Sequence record: OR529409.1
DNA length: 64,000 nucleotides
Reading direction: 5' to 3' (one strand)
Position 1 is the stretch's first letter. Every line of letters starts with the position of its first letter. This document shows, piece by piece, positions 16,037 to 25,404 of this stretch. The translations under genes were made by a program, and so were the position numbers. Below the pieces are notes generated by a model. It did not search any database. It had not been told where the DNA came from and saw only the letters and a program-made list of their open reading frames with translations.

Positions 16037-18049
16037 ATGTCCGACAATCAAAATGGCAACAACTGGGAACAAACCGTCCTGAACACCGCTGCTGGTAAAG
16101 GAGAGCCGATCGTCTCTGCTTCTGCCGAGAATTTCGGTTCTCAGCTGCTCGGTCTGCTCGGCCAGGCTTCTCTTCTGGGTTCTTCCAAGAACGTGCCGGA
16201 AGTAGAAGAAACCGCGGCTCTGATCAAGAAACGCGTAACCGATCTGAAAAACGGTACGCCGGGCGAAACCCAGAAGAAGATCCTGCCGGAAGTGAACATC
16301 ATCACCAAACCGATCATCTCTGCACTGCCGGGCATCGTGCTCTCCCTGCACATGAACAACAACCCTGCGGTATACGTCATGCCGGTGCTGTTCTCTAACC
16401 GTCATCTGACCAATACCCTGGAAGAGATCCAGATCGACAACGGCGTTAACCAACAGCGCAAAATGTCCATGCCGTTTACCCCGGATTCCTACGCTCGTGC
16501 TGATCTGTTCGAACAGATCAAAATGCACTACAAAGCGATGCTCCAGGATAAAGGTGTGAGCGAATGCGTGATCATCAACGTGATGGTTATCGACCTGGAA
16601 CAGATCGTTGGTGACGATGTTCTGAATCAGGGCAAATCGCCGCTGCTGCGTGATGAAATCATGCGTAGCTGGGAACAGGGTCTGATGGTACAGATCGCGA
16701 AAATCGCAGCCAACCAGCCGAAAGCTTCTCTGCCTTCTCCGTTCTCTGCGACCGGTGGCAAAGCCTATGGCCAGCACGGTAATGCGATTGCTCGCGTTGA
16801 ACCGATCCGCGGTCAGTATGTTAACGAAGGCCTGCTGTCTCCGGCGAACCTGACCATCCGCATGCAAACTGCTAACCATAACGGTTATCAGGGTAACGCG
16901 GAACAGTCCCGTGAAATCGTCAACACCTACGCGACCGTTAGCCTGATGGGTTCTCCGATCCAGCAGTTCAACCCGCAGCTGACCGGTAACATTCCGCAGC
17001 CGTACCTGCAGACCCCTAACGGTCGTCCTCAGGGCTACACCCCGCTGCAGCCGGTGGTTATTATGAACCACGCTAAAGCTGGCGAAGTGCTGGGCGATGC
17101 GACTGGCCTGTCGACCTACTTCATGGGTCTGTTCTCTCTGATGGCGACCAACAGCAACTACCTGTTTGCTGAAGCTCTGCGTTCTAAGAACGTAGGTTCT
17201 CGTGGCTCCCTGACTGATATGGAACACCGCATCCGTCAGATGGAAAATGGATTACCTCCGCGCACTAAGGGTACTGAGATGACCGACGCTAAACTGTCGG
17301 ATATCGATTTCACCACTAACTGGATTCGCGCCAATATTGGACCTAAAGCAGTCTTTGCTGCTGACCTGATCCAGTTCGGCCCGGATGCGGCAATCTCCAA
17401 CTTCCTGTTCAACCTCACCTCCGGTGCGAAAGACTACAGCAAATGCGTGAAAACCGTTATTGCTATCGTCGATTCCATCTCCGGTGATGCGAAAGCCATG
17501 TCTGCGGTTATCGCAGAAAACCAGGCCAACAACAATGGTAACGGCGGATGGATTCCAGGTAAACCGGTACTGCACGTTTCTAACGCGCTGATCCCGGTCG
17601 GTACTGCTGTACTGGATAACAAACGCATTGCGCTCGGCGAAGTGGACGAGATGTTCCTGTCCAAGCACTACAAAGATCAGATCACCCCGATGAACCAGTA
17701 CCTGGAAAACATGTACGGGTCTAACCCGAACGTGCCGGAAAAACTGCGTCGCTACAATCTGTTGATCCAGCTGTCCACCATCTTCTCTGAAGGTGTAAAC
17801 CTGTTCGGCTTCGCTCGTCGTTGCTACTGGGATCCGCTGTTCATGGATGCGTTCACTAAAGCGATGAACACCATCGGTTCTCTGCAGGTTACTGGCTCTA
17901 TGGGTCAGTTCGCTGCTAACGTTCAGGTCTTCGCTCCTGGCCAGCAGTATATCTCTCAGGCAACTGCTGGTAACTCCGGTGGCGTCGTTCTGGGTAACGG
18001 TATGATGCTGGGTGCAGGCGGCGGTCTGGTGTTTGGCCCGTCCTACTAA
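16037..18049 (+). CDS. chmA: chimallin, major phage nuclear shell protein
   Basis: 670 aa, very strong highly-expressed codon bias, immediately upstream of nvRNAP beta' as in phiKZ gp54-gp55; AGGAG RBS; own terminator. Confidence 0.85.
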   Translation: MSDNQNGNNWEQTVLNTAAGKGEPIVSASAENFGSQLLGLLGQASLLGSSKNVPEVEETAALIKKRVTDLKNGTPGETQKKILPEVNIITKPIISALPGIVLSLHMNNNPAVYVMPVLFSNRHLTNTLEEIQIDNGVNQQRKMSMPFTPDSYARADLFEQIKMHYKAMLQDKGVSECVIINVMVIDLEQIVGDDVLNQGKSPLLRDEIMRSWEQGLMVQIAKIAANQPKASLPSPFSATGGKAYGQHGNAIARVEPIRGQYVNEGLLSPANLTIRMQTANHNGYQGNAEQSREIVNTYATVSLMGSPIQQFNPQLTGNIPQPYLQTPNGRPQGYTPLQPVVIMNHAKAGEVLGDATGLSTYFMGLFSLMATNSNYLFAEALRSKNVGSRGSLTDMEHRIRQMENGLPPRTKGTEMTDAKLSDIDFTTNWIRANIGPKAVFAADLIQFGPDAAISNFLFNLTSGAKDYSKCVKTVIAIVDSISGDAKAMSAVIAENQANNNGNGGWIPGKPVLHVSNALIPVGTAVLDNKRIALGEVDEMFLSKHYKDQITPMNQYLENMYGSNPNVPEKLRRYNLLIQLSTIFSEGVNLFGFARRCYWDPLFMDAFTKAMNTIGSLQVTGSMGQFAANVQVFAPGQQYISQATAGNSGGVVLGNGMMLGAGGGLVFGPSY

Positions 18050-18073
18050 GAGTTCGGCTGTAAGCTCACTAAA

Positions 18074-18103
18074 GGAGGAGGCGGAAGCCTCCTCCCTTTT
18101 TTA
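18074..18103 (+). terminator. intrinsic terminator after chmA
   Basis: GGAGGAGGC-GGAA-GCCTCCTCC followed by a T tract. Confidence 0.9.
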
Positions 18104-18135
18104 TGCATTTCATTTTTTGAGTGAACGGAGACGTT

Positions 18136-19740
18136 ATGGATCAGTACGGTGATCGTATTATTGATGCATTAACAGCGCCTGAATTTTCATCATTGCAACC
18201 AGAGGCTCAGTTTAAAACTTATGCCGAACAATACGGTGGTGACCTTTCTGACGACAAACGTTTTTATGAACCCCTTTATCCCGACTTCACTGACTATAAC
18301 CGTTTGCATGATACTGCTAAGGTCGATCCGGTTTACCTGAACGATTTCGATTTTTGTTTGGAAGAAGACCGAGAACGAATCGCATCTTTGATTCGTATGG
18401 ACTTCAACACCGACACATTCGAAACCGTCGCGAGATGTAGCTGTGGGCATCTGAAGGGCAACTATTTGTTGGGTCAGAAAAGATCGTGTCCCATCTGTCA
18501 ATCCCTCGTAGAGAAAGTCGTAGAGACTTCCTTAGATACTAAGGTATGGGTCAGGGTTCCAGAAGGTGTAGTTGGATTTATCAGTCCGGCTTATTACAAA
18601 ACCTTCTTATCGAAGATCGCGACCAATTCTCCAAAGATTGAGATCGTGACTTGGCTCATCGATCCGTCTTATCGCCGGGGAAGCCGAGCTCAGCATACTG
18701 AGTCTGGTCGTCGGATGTTGGCTGAACTCGATAAACTCGGAATAGTGCCCGGGCTTAACAGCTTTATATTGAACGCGGACAGATTCATGGAACACTTCCT
18801 TGTTGGTGAAGGAAGAGGTGCTGTGAGCATGAAGCCGGCTGATGGTAAAAAGCATTTGGATAAGTATTACGAATATCGTCATCTTATCTTCCCGCGCTAT
18901 TTGTCCGTACCCAATAAACTCGCCACCATCATCGAGCAAGATGGTAAAGATAAGTACGTTTCTTCAACCCAATTGAAAACCTCGGCAATCTACCAATCTA
19001 TTGCAGATACGAGAGATTCTACTGAGTTTTATAAATGTACGATTAAGGATCTTAAGGAGAACGCTGATATCGTCGGGAAGGCGATAGTTCGATTAGGTAA
19101 GCAGAACTCTGATAACTATAAGAGTCAGCTGTTTGCTAAATCGAGCCTGATACGTAAACACGTCATCGCGGGATCGTTATCTTTATCAGGCCGTGGTGTT
19201 ATCACATCAACGACTGGGTTGCATGATGCCGGTGTTGCTAAGATACCTTGGATCATGGCAGTAGCTATGCTGAAGAAACACATCTTGGGCTATCTTTACC
19301 GTTTAGGGTACAGTCCACTGAAAGCTGAAAGTGTAATCAGCACAGCAGCGCACCAAGTCGTCCCGGTAATCGATCAATTCTTTACCAAGCACGAAAAGCA
19401 AAAAGACATTGTCTGCATTTTAGGAAGAAACCCATCAATTCAGTACCTGTCAGCAAAAGCCTTCTTTATGTCGATCAACCGAGATTTAGAAGACGAGTCG
19501 ATAAACTTACCAATACTCTCAGTTAAAACCTTTAATGCTGACTTCGACGGCGATACGATGTATTGCTACGTCCTCAGCGATTTGAAAGGCAAAGCCAAAG
19601 CGTATGGGTCGTTCGGTCATCAGTCCATGCTTGATGAAAACGAACCATTTACAATAAGTCGATTTGCTGATCAAACTTCAACGAATTTGATGAACCTCAA
19701 CAACATGATGAGAGGAACACCAATCAATGAATGCGGCTGA
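18136..19740 (+). CDS. non-virion RNA polymerase beta' N-terminal subunit (phiKZ gp55-like)
   Basis: Catalytic NADFDGD motif; zinc-finger CSC..CPIC; GRGVI and RNPSI motifs; GGAG RBS before ATG 18136. Confidence 0.92.
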   Translation: MDQYGDRIIDALTAPEFSSLQPEAQFKTYAEQYGGDLSDDKRFYEPLYPDFTDYNRLHDTAKVDPVYLNDFDFCLEEDRERIASLIRMDFNTDTFETVARCSCGHLKGNYLLGQKRSCPICQSLVEKVVETSLDTKVWVRVPEGVVGFISPAYYKTFLSKIATNSPKIEIVTWLIDPSYRRGSRAQHTESGRRMLAELDKLGIVPGLNSFILNADRFMEHFLVGEGRGAVSMKPADGKKHLDKYYEYRHLIFPRYLSVPNKLATIIEQDGKDKYVSSTQLKTSAIYQSIADTRDSTEFYKCTIKDLKENADIVGKAIVRLGKQNSDNYKSQLFAKSSLIRKHVIAGSLSLSGRGVITSTTGLHDAGVAKIPWIMAVAMLKKHILGYLYRLGYSPLKAESVISTAAHQVVPVIDQFFTKHEKQKDIVCILGRNPSIQYLSAKAFFMSINRDLEDESINLPILSVKTFNADFDGDTMYCYVLSDLKGKAKAYGSFGHQSMLDENEPFTISRFADQTSTNLMNLNNMMRGTPINECG

Positions 19741-20362
19741 CGCGTTTAGCTTTAGTTGTGCCGGCGCTATTGACGAAGGTCGAATGCGTCAGTATGCCGG
19801 CTATGTCCAAATGAATTTTGATAACGTGAAAGGCATGGGAGGTTGGCTGGCGAAAGAAGCAGAAAAAACGTTAGACCGATTTTCTAACTTCATGAATTCC
19901 AGGGCGTGGGAGTTATCCAAAATCCTAACGGGGAATGGCGATGGTGAATACGTAGGTCGATTCGACATCGGTTATTTAGGTTCCCTCAACGCTCAACAGC
20001 AAGCCCAGGGGTTCATGCGGGATTACATCATGGCTAACCCATTGGTTATGCAGATGTATCTGGATGGAGGATTGGAAGGCTACGGTGGTGAGTTCTCCCC
20101 GTTCTGTAATGCCGTTGGTAAGAACAACGTTTTCTATCGTAACGCCACCCATGGTATAGTACAAACTGAAACTAAAGACGACGTTCAGAAAACTTGGTTC
20201 AGTCACTTTGGTGATGTGCCGGGCACAGGAATGTCCTTTAGGGAACAAGCAGACATCATGAGAACTTGGAAAGCGACCAATCACCTGATAGGTTCTCAGC
20301 TCTTTGATATGACCTCACCATCGAATAAAAAGATGAATGAGGATAACGAAGAGGAAACATAA
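19727..20362 (+). CDS. conserved Chimalliviridae core protein (position of phiKZ gp59)
   Basis: Overlaps the beta' stop codon; synteny inference only. Confidence 0.55.
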   Translation: MNAADAFSFSCAGAIDEGRMRQYAGYVQMNFDNVKGMGGWLAKEAEKTLDRFSNFMNSRAWELSKILTGNGDGEYVGRFDIGYLGSLNAQQQAQGFMRDYIMANPLVMQMYLDGGLEGYGGEFSPFCNAVGKNNVFYRNATHGIVQTETKDDVQKTWFSHFGDVPGTGMSFREQADIMRTWKATNHLIGSQLFDMTSPSNKKMNEDNEEET

Positions 20363-20411
20363 ACATTTTTTGGGGGAGGAAACTCCCCCATTTAACATCG
20401 AGAGTAAACTT

Positions 20412-20774
20412 ATGAATAGCGAACAAACCAAACCCATGCATAGTGTTTTTATGCAAATCATCAGTTCCGAAGAAATCGGTAATTTGAAGAATGCTGTTCG
20501 GAATACCGAATTCCTTTTAGCCGAGTTAGGCGAATCGGAAGACGGCAAACCACTGGATCCATCCAATCTGATCTTTATCGTAACTGATATGTCTTTTGAC
20601 GAGCACGGAAACCTGATGGGACGAGTAACCCCCACCGGTCCGTATAAGGATAAGGGCCGGGAATGGATCTCCACTAAAAAATATAAAACACCTATTTTTA
20701 AGTTTATTCCGAGAGTGGCCACGAATAACCGCAACTGGACCTTCATCAATAAACTTGACGTGGTGGTCAAATAA
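20412..20774 (+). CDS. hypothetical protein; start probably ATG 20412
   Basis: GAGAG RBS-like; removes the upstream overlap. Confidence 0.6.
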   Translation: MNSEQTKPMHSVFMQIISSEEIGNLKNAVRNTEFLLAELGESEDGKPLDPSNLIFIVTDMSFDEHGNLMGRVTPTGPYKDKGREWISTKKYKTPIFKFIPRVATNNRNWTFINKLDVVVK

Positions 20775-21136
20775 TGGAAAGCGCACGGGATTATACAGCG
20801 AAGATCAAATGGCCTTTTGTTGTTGTGTTTAATCTCAATGATGGTCCGGAGGAAACTTCCTCCGTGATCATTAAAACCAGGATCCCTTCTGGTGGATATA
20901 AGGAATTCCACATCTACTTAAAAGATTTAGTCGACCGTGCTCGTTTAAACGTTCGAGGGTCAATCTCGGATAAAGAAATCCTTGCCGATATCAGCGAGTA
21001 TTTTATTTCGTCTGTCGCTTCTAAATCAGCGGATAAGAAAACCTTGGCTGAAGCTTGTCGGTCGGTTTTAGAAGGTAGTGTGTTTAATCGTAAGATATTC
21101 GTTCCCTTTTATGGGCTCAGGCCTAGGGAAGAATAA
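20774..21136 (+). CDS. hypothetical protein
   Basis: TAATG coupling with the upstream ORF. Confidence 0.65.
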   Translation: MESARDYTAKIKWPFVVVFNLNDGPEETSSVIIKTRIPSGGYKEFHIYLKDLVDRARLNVRGSISDKEILADISEYFISSVASKSADKKTLAEACRSVLEGSVFNRKIFVPFYGLRPREE

Positions 21137-21147
21137 TTGACATGCAG

Positions 21148-21184
21148 ATAATTATACATCGATATTATCATGGTGTATAAACAA
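21148..21184 (+). promoter_or_regulatory. candidate early promoter matching the chimallin promoter
   Basis: ATAATT 21148-21153, N8, ATATTAT 21162-21168, N3, GGT, N2, ATAAACAA 21177-21184; TTGACA also present at 21138. Confidence 0.6.
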
Positions 21185-21213
21185 ATGAATATTTTATTTA
21201 TAAGGAATCTATT

Positions 21214-21339
21214 ATGTCAATCATCGCCTCTATCGCCATCGTTGTTATTATCACCGCAGTAGTTTACGTGCTCACCAAAGATGCCGTGGAAGAAATCTTC
21301 CCGGTGCGTAAAGAAATGGCTGTTCGTAACAAACGTTAA
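21214..21339 (+). CDS. 41-aa single-pass membrane microprotein (not in the ORF track)
   Basis: MSIIASIAIVVIITAVVYVLTKDAVEEIFPVRKEMAVRNKR; TAAGGA RBS; own promoter and terminator; highly-expressed-type codons. Confidence 0.8.
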   Translation: MSIIASIAIVVIITAVVYVLTKDAVEEIFPVRKEMAVRNKR

Positions 21340-21349
21340 TTTATTGTTA

Positions 21350-21396
21350 CTCCCCTCCGAAAGGAGGGGAGCCTAACCGCGATTATTTTTTTTTTT
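21350..21396 (+). terminator. terminator after the microprotein gene
   Basis: CTCCCCTCC-GAAA-GGAGGGGAG hairpin; long T tract shortly downstream. Confidence 0.7.
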
Positions 21397-21397
21397 C

Positions 21398-21805
21398 ATG
21401 AGGTTCATGATGACCGGATTTTGCGTTGCAACAATGTCGACGTTGGGCTTTATAGCCGATGACGTTAAACTCGCTATGGACAGACATCTCACTTATTGGT
21501 TTGCATCCAGACGCGATCAAAATAAGTTAATAGGTGAAGTCGATTCCTTTGAATATCTTCTGATGACCTACCAAGGTAATCGGAGCGCTTTGGTCAGTAA
21601 TGTCGAAAGCTCACTCAGGACTTACTTCCAGCAGATTTTCAGTACCGTAGAAGTTCAAGTGTCCGATTCCGATATGCCGGGTGAAACAGAAAACTTTACA
21701 CTGGTCATGGCGCTTAGGGTGACACACGAAGGCGTCCCTTATGACCTTCAAAATGCCGTTATCGTATCCGGCGCTTCTTATACTCTTCTTCCGAGAGGTA
21801 ACTAA
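21398..21805 (+). CDS. conserved hypothetical protein (start may be 21407 or 21410)
   Basis: ORF leading the nuclease operon. Confidence 0.6.
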   Translation: MRFMMTGFCVATMSTLGFIADDVKLAMDRHLTYWFASRRDQNKLIGEVDSFEYLLMTYQGNRSALVSNVESSLRTYFQQIFSTVEVQVSDSDMPGETENFTLVMALRVTHEGVPYDLQNAVIVSGASYTLLPRGN

Positions 21806-21807
21806 CA

Positions 21808-22569
21808 ATGTCCGACAAAATGCCATCCGAACACTACGCGCTTAAATTCTTAGAGGGCGGTGTCCCTAAAGTTATCAATGGTAAACGCTACCTGGAAATG
21901 AACGGCGAACTGGTGAACGTCGCTACTTCACTTTCAGAGGCGACCTTCGTCAGAGATTGGCTTCTCGGATTCTCGTTAGGTTATGTCGGCGAGAAGTCTT
22001 ATTTTGATTTTGCACGGTGGATGGAAATTAGTAACGAAGGACGCTCGGCTGTTATCGTCCATGATAACGAAGACGAAAATAAACCTATCTTTGTTGTTCC
22101 TCCTCTGACCGATACGAAAATGACGGCTCAGGAAATGGAAGTTCTTCAGGTAGCCGCTGGCGTGATGAGCAATGCTTATGGCGCGCAATTCGGCGGATCG
22201 ACCAGCAGAAGTACCGAAATACTTTTACAGGGCCTGTCCATTATCCAAAAGGGTCTGCAGTCTGGCGAATACACCATAACCGATCTCGTCCCACCCTTCA
22301 TCTATGAAAAATACTCGATCAATCCTCGAGTATTTAAAAAGATGATGCATTGTAAAAATACCTTTGGGTTGGATACCAATGATGAGAGCTGGAAAGTATT
22401 AGAAGCTTGCTTCAGGGTCATCGACGAAGGTAAAGTGTTAAAACAACAACAGTACGACTTCTTAATGGCGATCACGCAAAATACAGCAATCGTCCCCGAT
22501 CAATGTAAACCTGACAGTAAAAATAAACAGGAAGATCAATTTACAGAGATCAACCCATTTGAGTGTTAA
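21808..22569 (+). CDS. conserved hypothetical protein (253 aa)
   Basis: GAGG RBS; operon position. Confidence 0.7.
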   Translation: MSDKMPSEHYALKFLEGGVPKVINGKRYLEMNGELVNVATSLSEATFVRDWLLGFSLGYVGEKSYFDFARWMEISNEGRSAVIVHDNEDENKPIFVVPPLTDTKMTAQEMEVLQVAAGVMSNAYGAQFGGSTSRSTEILLQGLSIIQKGLQSGEYTITDLVPPFIYEKYSINPRVFKKMMHCKNTFGLDTNDESWKVLEACFRVIDEGKVLKQQQYDFLMAITQNTAIVPDQCKPDSKNKQEDQFTEINPFEC

Positions 22570-22571
22570 GC

Positions 22572-23702
22572 ATGATTAATTCCCCCAAGAAAATTAGGAT
22601 GTTGTGGTCAAGTGATCATCACACACTTCATGAAGGCACCCCCACAGTTCACATCTTAAGTAACCTGGGGGAATTCTTTTATAAGTACAACTCCCTGGCA
22701 GAAACCGACATCGTTGTTTTTGGCGGTGATTTTTTTCATAAGCTAGTCGATGCTTCTAACAGCTCGATGCGTTTATGTGAATATTGGATTAATAAATTTT
22801 TAATCCGGTGTGCTGAAAATAACGTTGTGGTGAGAGTGCTGGAAGGGACGAGTTCTCACGACTGGGAACAACCGGAAATATTCCAAATATTGAGCCCGGA
22901 TAACCTTGATTTAAAATGGGTTAAAGAGCTGAGTATTGAACGCATTGAAAAACTGGATATGACCGTGCTTTACGTTCCGGATAACATGGGGGGTAAGAAG
23001 CCCGAGGTTATTTGGGATGAGGTCATCGATCTTCTAACTAAGCATAACCTGGAGAAGGTAGATTTTATCTTTTTCCACGGATCGTTTAAATACCAATTAG
23101 ACGAACGTTTCAGTAAACACAGTCACGATGAAAAATTGTGGTCGACGATTGTTAACTATTATATCTTTGCCGGGCACATCCACAAACCTTCAGAATGTGG
23201 GCCGATTAGATGTTCGGGATCCTTCGATAGAACGGGTCATTCGGAGGAGCATCCTAAGGGCGGATATATCGTTGATTACTTCCCAGAAGATAAGAAGTGC
23301 ACCGCCACCTTTTATGAGAATAAAAAGGCGCTGCCTTATATCACCCTGAGAATTACACCGGAAACAACAACAGAAGAACTAAATGATAAGCTTGGGTTCC
23401 TAATGGATAAGCGATACCCCAAAGCCAGTCATTTTTGGATTAGAGGAGGGAATCCTCTCGTCGTTAATCCGATCATTCAGTTCTTCAAACAACAATATCC
23501 TCAGTATGACTTTAAGAAAGAAAACGTTGTTACTCATGAAGCAGTAATTGACGATGAGCTTTATACTGAAGATCTTTATTCTGGTATAACGTTAACGAAA
23601 GATAACATCATCCCTTCTCTAATGGGCTATTTGAATAAGAAGATTTTGTTAGTGGATGAAGAGTTAGATTCCCTAACAAAAACAATGGAGGAGTTTATCT
23701 AA
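22572..23702 (+). CDS. Mre11/SbcD-like metallophosphoesterase nuclease
   Basis: Motifs SDHH, GGDFF, GTSSHD, FHG, GHIH. Confidence 0.85.
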   Translation: MINSPKKIRMLWSSDHHTLHEGTPTVHILSNLGEFFYKYNSLAETDIVVFGGDFFHKLVDASNSSMRLCEYWINKFLIRCAENNVVVRVLEGTSSHDWEQPEIFQILSPDNLDLKWVKELSIERIEKLDMTVLYVPDNMGGKKPEVIWDEVIDLLTKHNLEKVDFIFFHGSFKYQLDERFSKHSHDEKLWSTIVNYYIFAGHIHKPSECGPIRCSGSFDRTGHSEEHPKGGYIVDYFPEDKKCTATFYENKKALPYITLRITPETTTEELNDKLGFLMDKRYPKASHFWIRGGNPLVVNPIIQFFKQQYPQYDFKKENVVTHEAVIDDELYTEDLYSGITLTKDNIIPSLMGYLNKKILLVDEELDSLTKTMEEFI

Positions 23703-24502
23703 TGAGGGCGTTAGGGGCGTTAAATATCTCGGTAGGGACGTCTTTAGCATTCGAAGGGGCGGCTAAAATACAGTTGCTCCAATCGGACTCCTTACTTATC
23801 AATCTACGGACGATAGCACGTAATGCCAGGGAGGCTTACGATAAAGATGATTCCGACGGAAAGGATGTCGATCTTCTTACAGCAGCGGCAAGCGATGATT
23901 TGATAGGTCTCATTAAAACCGTTCAGGGATGGATGGGACAAAAAACGATCAATCTTATCGTTTATCTTCCTTCTTACAGATCGCTCCCTAAGATTTTTAA
24001 AAGGGCGAATCTCTGGGAACCGACGACGGATATCCAGAAAGAAAAAGATAGACTTGATACCGCCGTACTGAATAATTTAAAAAAACGGTTCGGGGCTAAT
24101 ATTAAGGAAACGGACGTCAACCTTCCTGAATTTATAGGGAATGGTTTGATTTTAACGCATCACCCCATTGATCTTGTAATGACAGGAAGTGGAACAAGGT
24201 TGCGTTTAATCGAATCCTATACTGGGACTTTGAAAGGACATTCTCAGTGGTACACAAAATTTTCCGGTGGGGAAAAACTGTTTAACATTCCCCTAAACAA
24301 ATTAACCATTCAGATATTCGGGGATGGACCGGTTAATTTTAAATCGGAAAAAAGTCATAAACTTAAAGACCTAATAAAAGATATCGCTATTAAAGGTAAA
24401 TGGACCTCGGTAACGACTCTGGACGCAGTGAGATCTAGTATCAATGTCCACGCTAAAGGATTTGACCGAGATGGGTTATTAATACTTTTAAACGGCGGGT
24501 AG
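23702..24502 (+). CDS. conserved Chimalliviridae core protein
   Basis: TAATG coupling; synteny inference. Confidence 0.65.
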   Translation: MRALGALNISVGTSLAFEGAAKIQLLQSDSLLINLRTIARNAREAYDKDDSDGKDVDLLTAAASDDLIGLIKTVQGWMGQKTINLIVYLPSYRSLPKIFKRANLWEPTTDIQKEKDRLDTAVLNNLKKRFGANIKETDVNLPEFIGNGLILTHHPIDLVMTGSGTRLRLIESYTGTLKGHSQWYTKFSGGEKLFNIPLNKLTIQIFGDGPVNFKSEKSHKLKDLIKDIAIKGKWTSVTTLDAVRSSINVHAKGFDRDGLLILLNGG

Positions 24503-24542
24503 CTTTATATTAGCACAAACCCAATTTCAAAGGATTTACGTC

Positions 24543-25286
24543 ATGAGTGATTTCAACAACGGTAACAATGGTAACTCCCGTCCCAAAACTCCACTGAACG
24601 ATTATCGTTACCCGCACCCTAAAACCAAAGAACCTCTTCCGGGCGGCAAATACCCTGCGCAAGCGTACTGGGAACTGACCGCCGCTGGTAAGGTCGTTTT
24701 CAAAGTACAAGACGGTGTGTTCGGCGGCGGCGATAACGCGTACAAGAAAAAAGAAATTGAAATGATCGCGTTCGAGCGCAATGCCATCTTCCAGCTTCTG
24801 AGAGAAGCAGCGACCGATCCCAATTTCACCAAATCCCAATACACTGTTCGTGATCGCCAATTCATTCGTGAAGGTGGTCAGGCTAAGATGTCCGACAACC
24901 CGATGACCATCGGTGTGTTTACCGTCATCCGCGATTCGAACGGTGTTGTTCAGCTCGGATTCAGCAAGTCTGATTTCAAAGCTTTGTTCGTTTTCGACAA
25001 TGCCCGCGAATCCACCCTGGTCGATTTTGTCGACGGCGAATTCAAACCGGCTCACGCTCGCATGAGTCGTCTGTATGTCCTCGGTTATCTTTCGGCCGTG
25101 GAAGGCTGGCTGAACGCTGCTGAGTTCTCTCGCTACCAACCGCCTAAACCGAAAAATGGTGGTAACGGTGGCGGCGGTGGCTGGAACAACAATAACGGTG
25201 GCAACCGCGGTAATGGCGGCGGTAACAGCTGGGGCGGTGGTGGCAACGCACCGGCCGATGACTTCGCGGAAGACATTCCGTTCTAA
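24543..25286 (+). CDS. chmC: probable ChmC, phage-nucleus-associated Whirly-like nucleic-acid-binding protein
   Basis: Two genes upstream of the PicA-like gene, as I recall for PhiPA3 and Goslar; high codon bias; G/N-rich tail ending DDFAEDIPF. Confidence 0.65.
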   Translation: MSDFNNGNNGNSRPKTPLNDYRYPHPKTKEPLPGGKYPAQAYWELTAAGKVVFKVQDGVFGGGDNAYKKKEIEMIAFERNAIFQLLREAATDPNFTKSQYTVRDRQFIREGGQAKMSDNPMTIGVFTVIRDSNGVVQLGFSKSDFKALFVFDNARESTLVDFVDGEFKPAHARMSRLYVLGYLSAVEGWLNAAEFSRYQPPKPKNGGNGGGGGWNNNNGGNRGNGGGNSWGGGGNAPADDFAEDIPF

Positions 25287-25300
25287 ACACAAAGATACTC

Positions 25301-25335
25301 TCTCCTACTCCCTAGGGAGTAGGAGATTACTTTTC
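25301..25335 (+). terminator. intrinsic terminator
   Basis: TCTCCTACTCCC/GGGAGTAGGAGA stem. Confidence 0.8.
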
Positions 25336-25338
25336 GTT

Positions 25339-25372
25339 ATAATTTTTTAGCACTATATTATTTACTGGTAAA
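25339..25372 (+). promoter_or_regulatory. candidate early promoter
   Basis: ATAATT-N10-ATATTAT; TATATTAT at 25354-25361. Confidence 0.45.
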
Positions 25373-25404
25373 CCCCGGCTATAAAAATTATTGGGAGTAA
25401 TAAC

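Noticed and set aside
16031-17668. Long antisense ORFs over chimallin (also those at 24510-25292, 58300-59523 and 51158-51739)
   Set aside because: Shadow ORFs caused by codon bias of the real genes on the opposite strand.
21138-21168. Sigma70 promoter TTGACA with TATTAT
   Set aside because: The spacer is 19 bp, and the shared phage-type motif with the chimallin upstream region explains the site better. Dual use remains possible.
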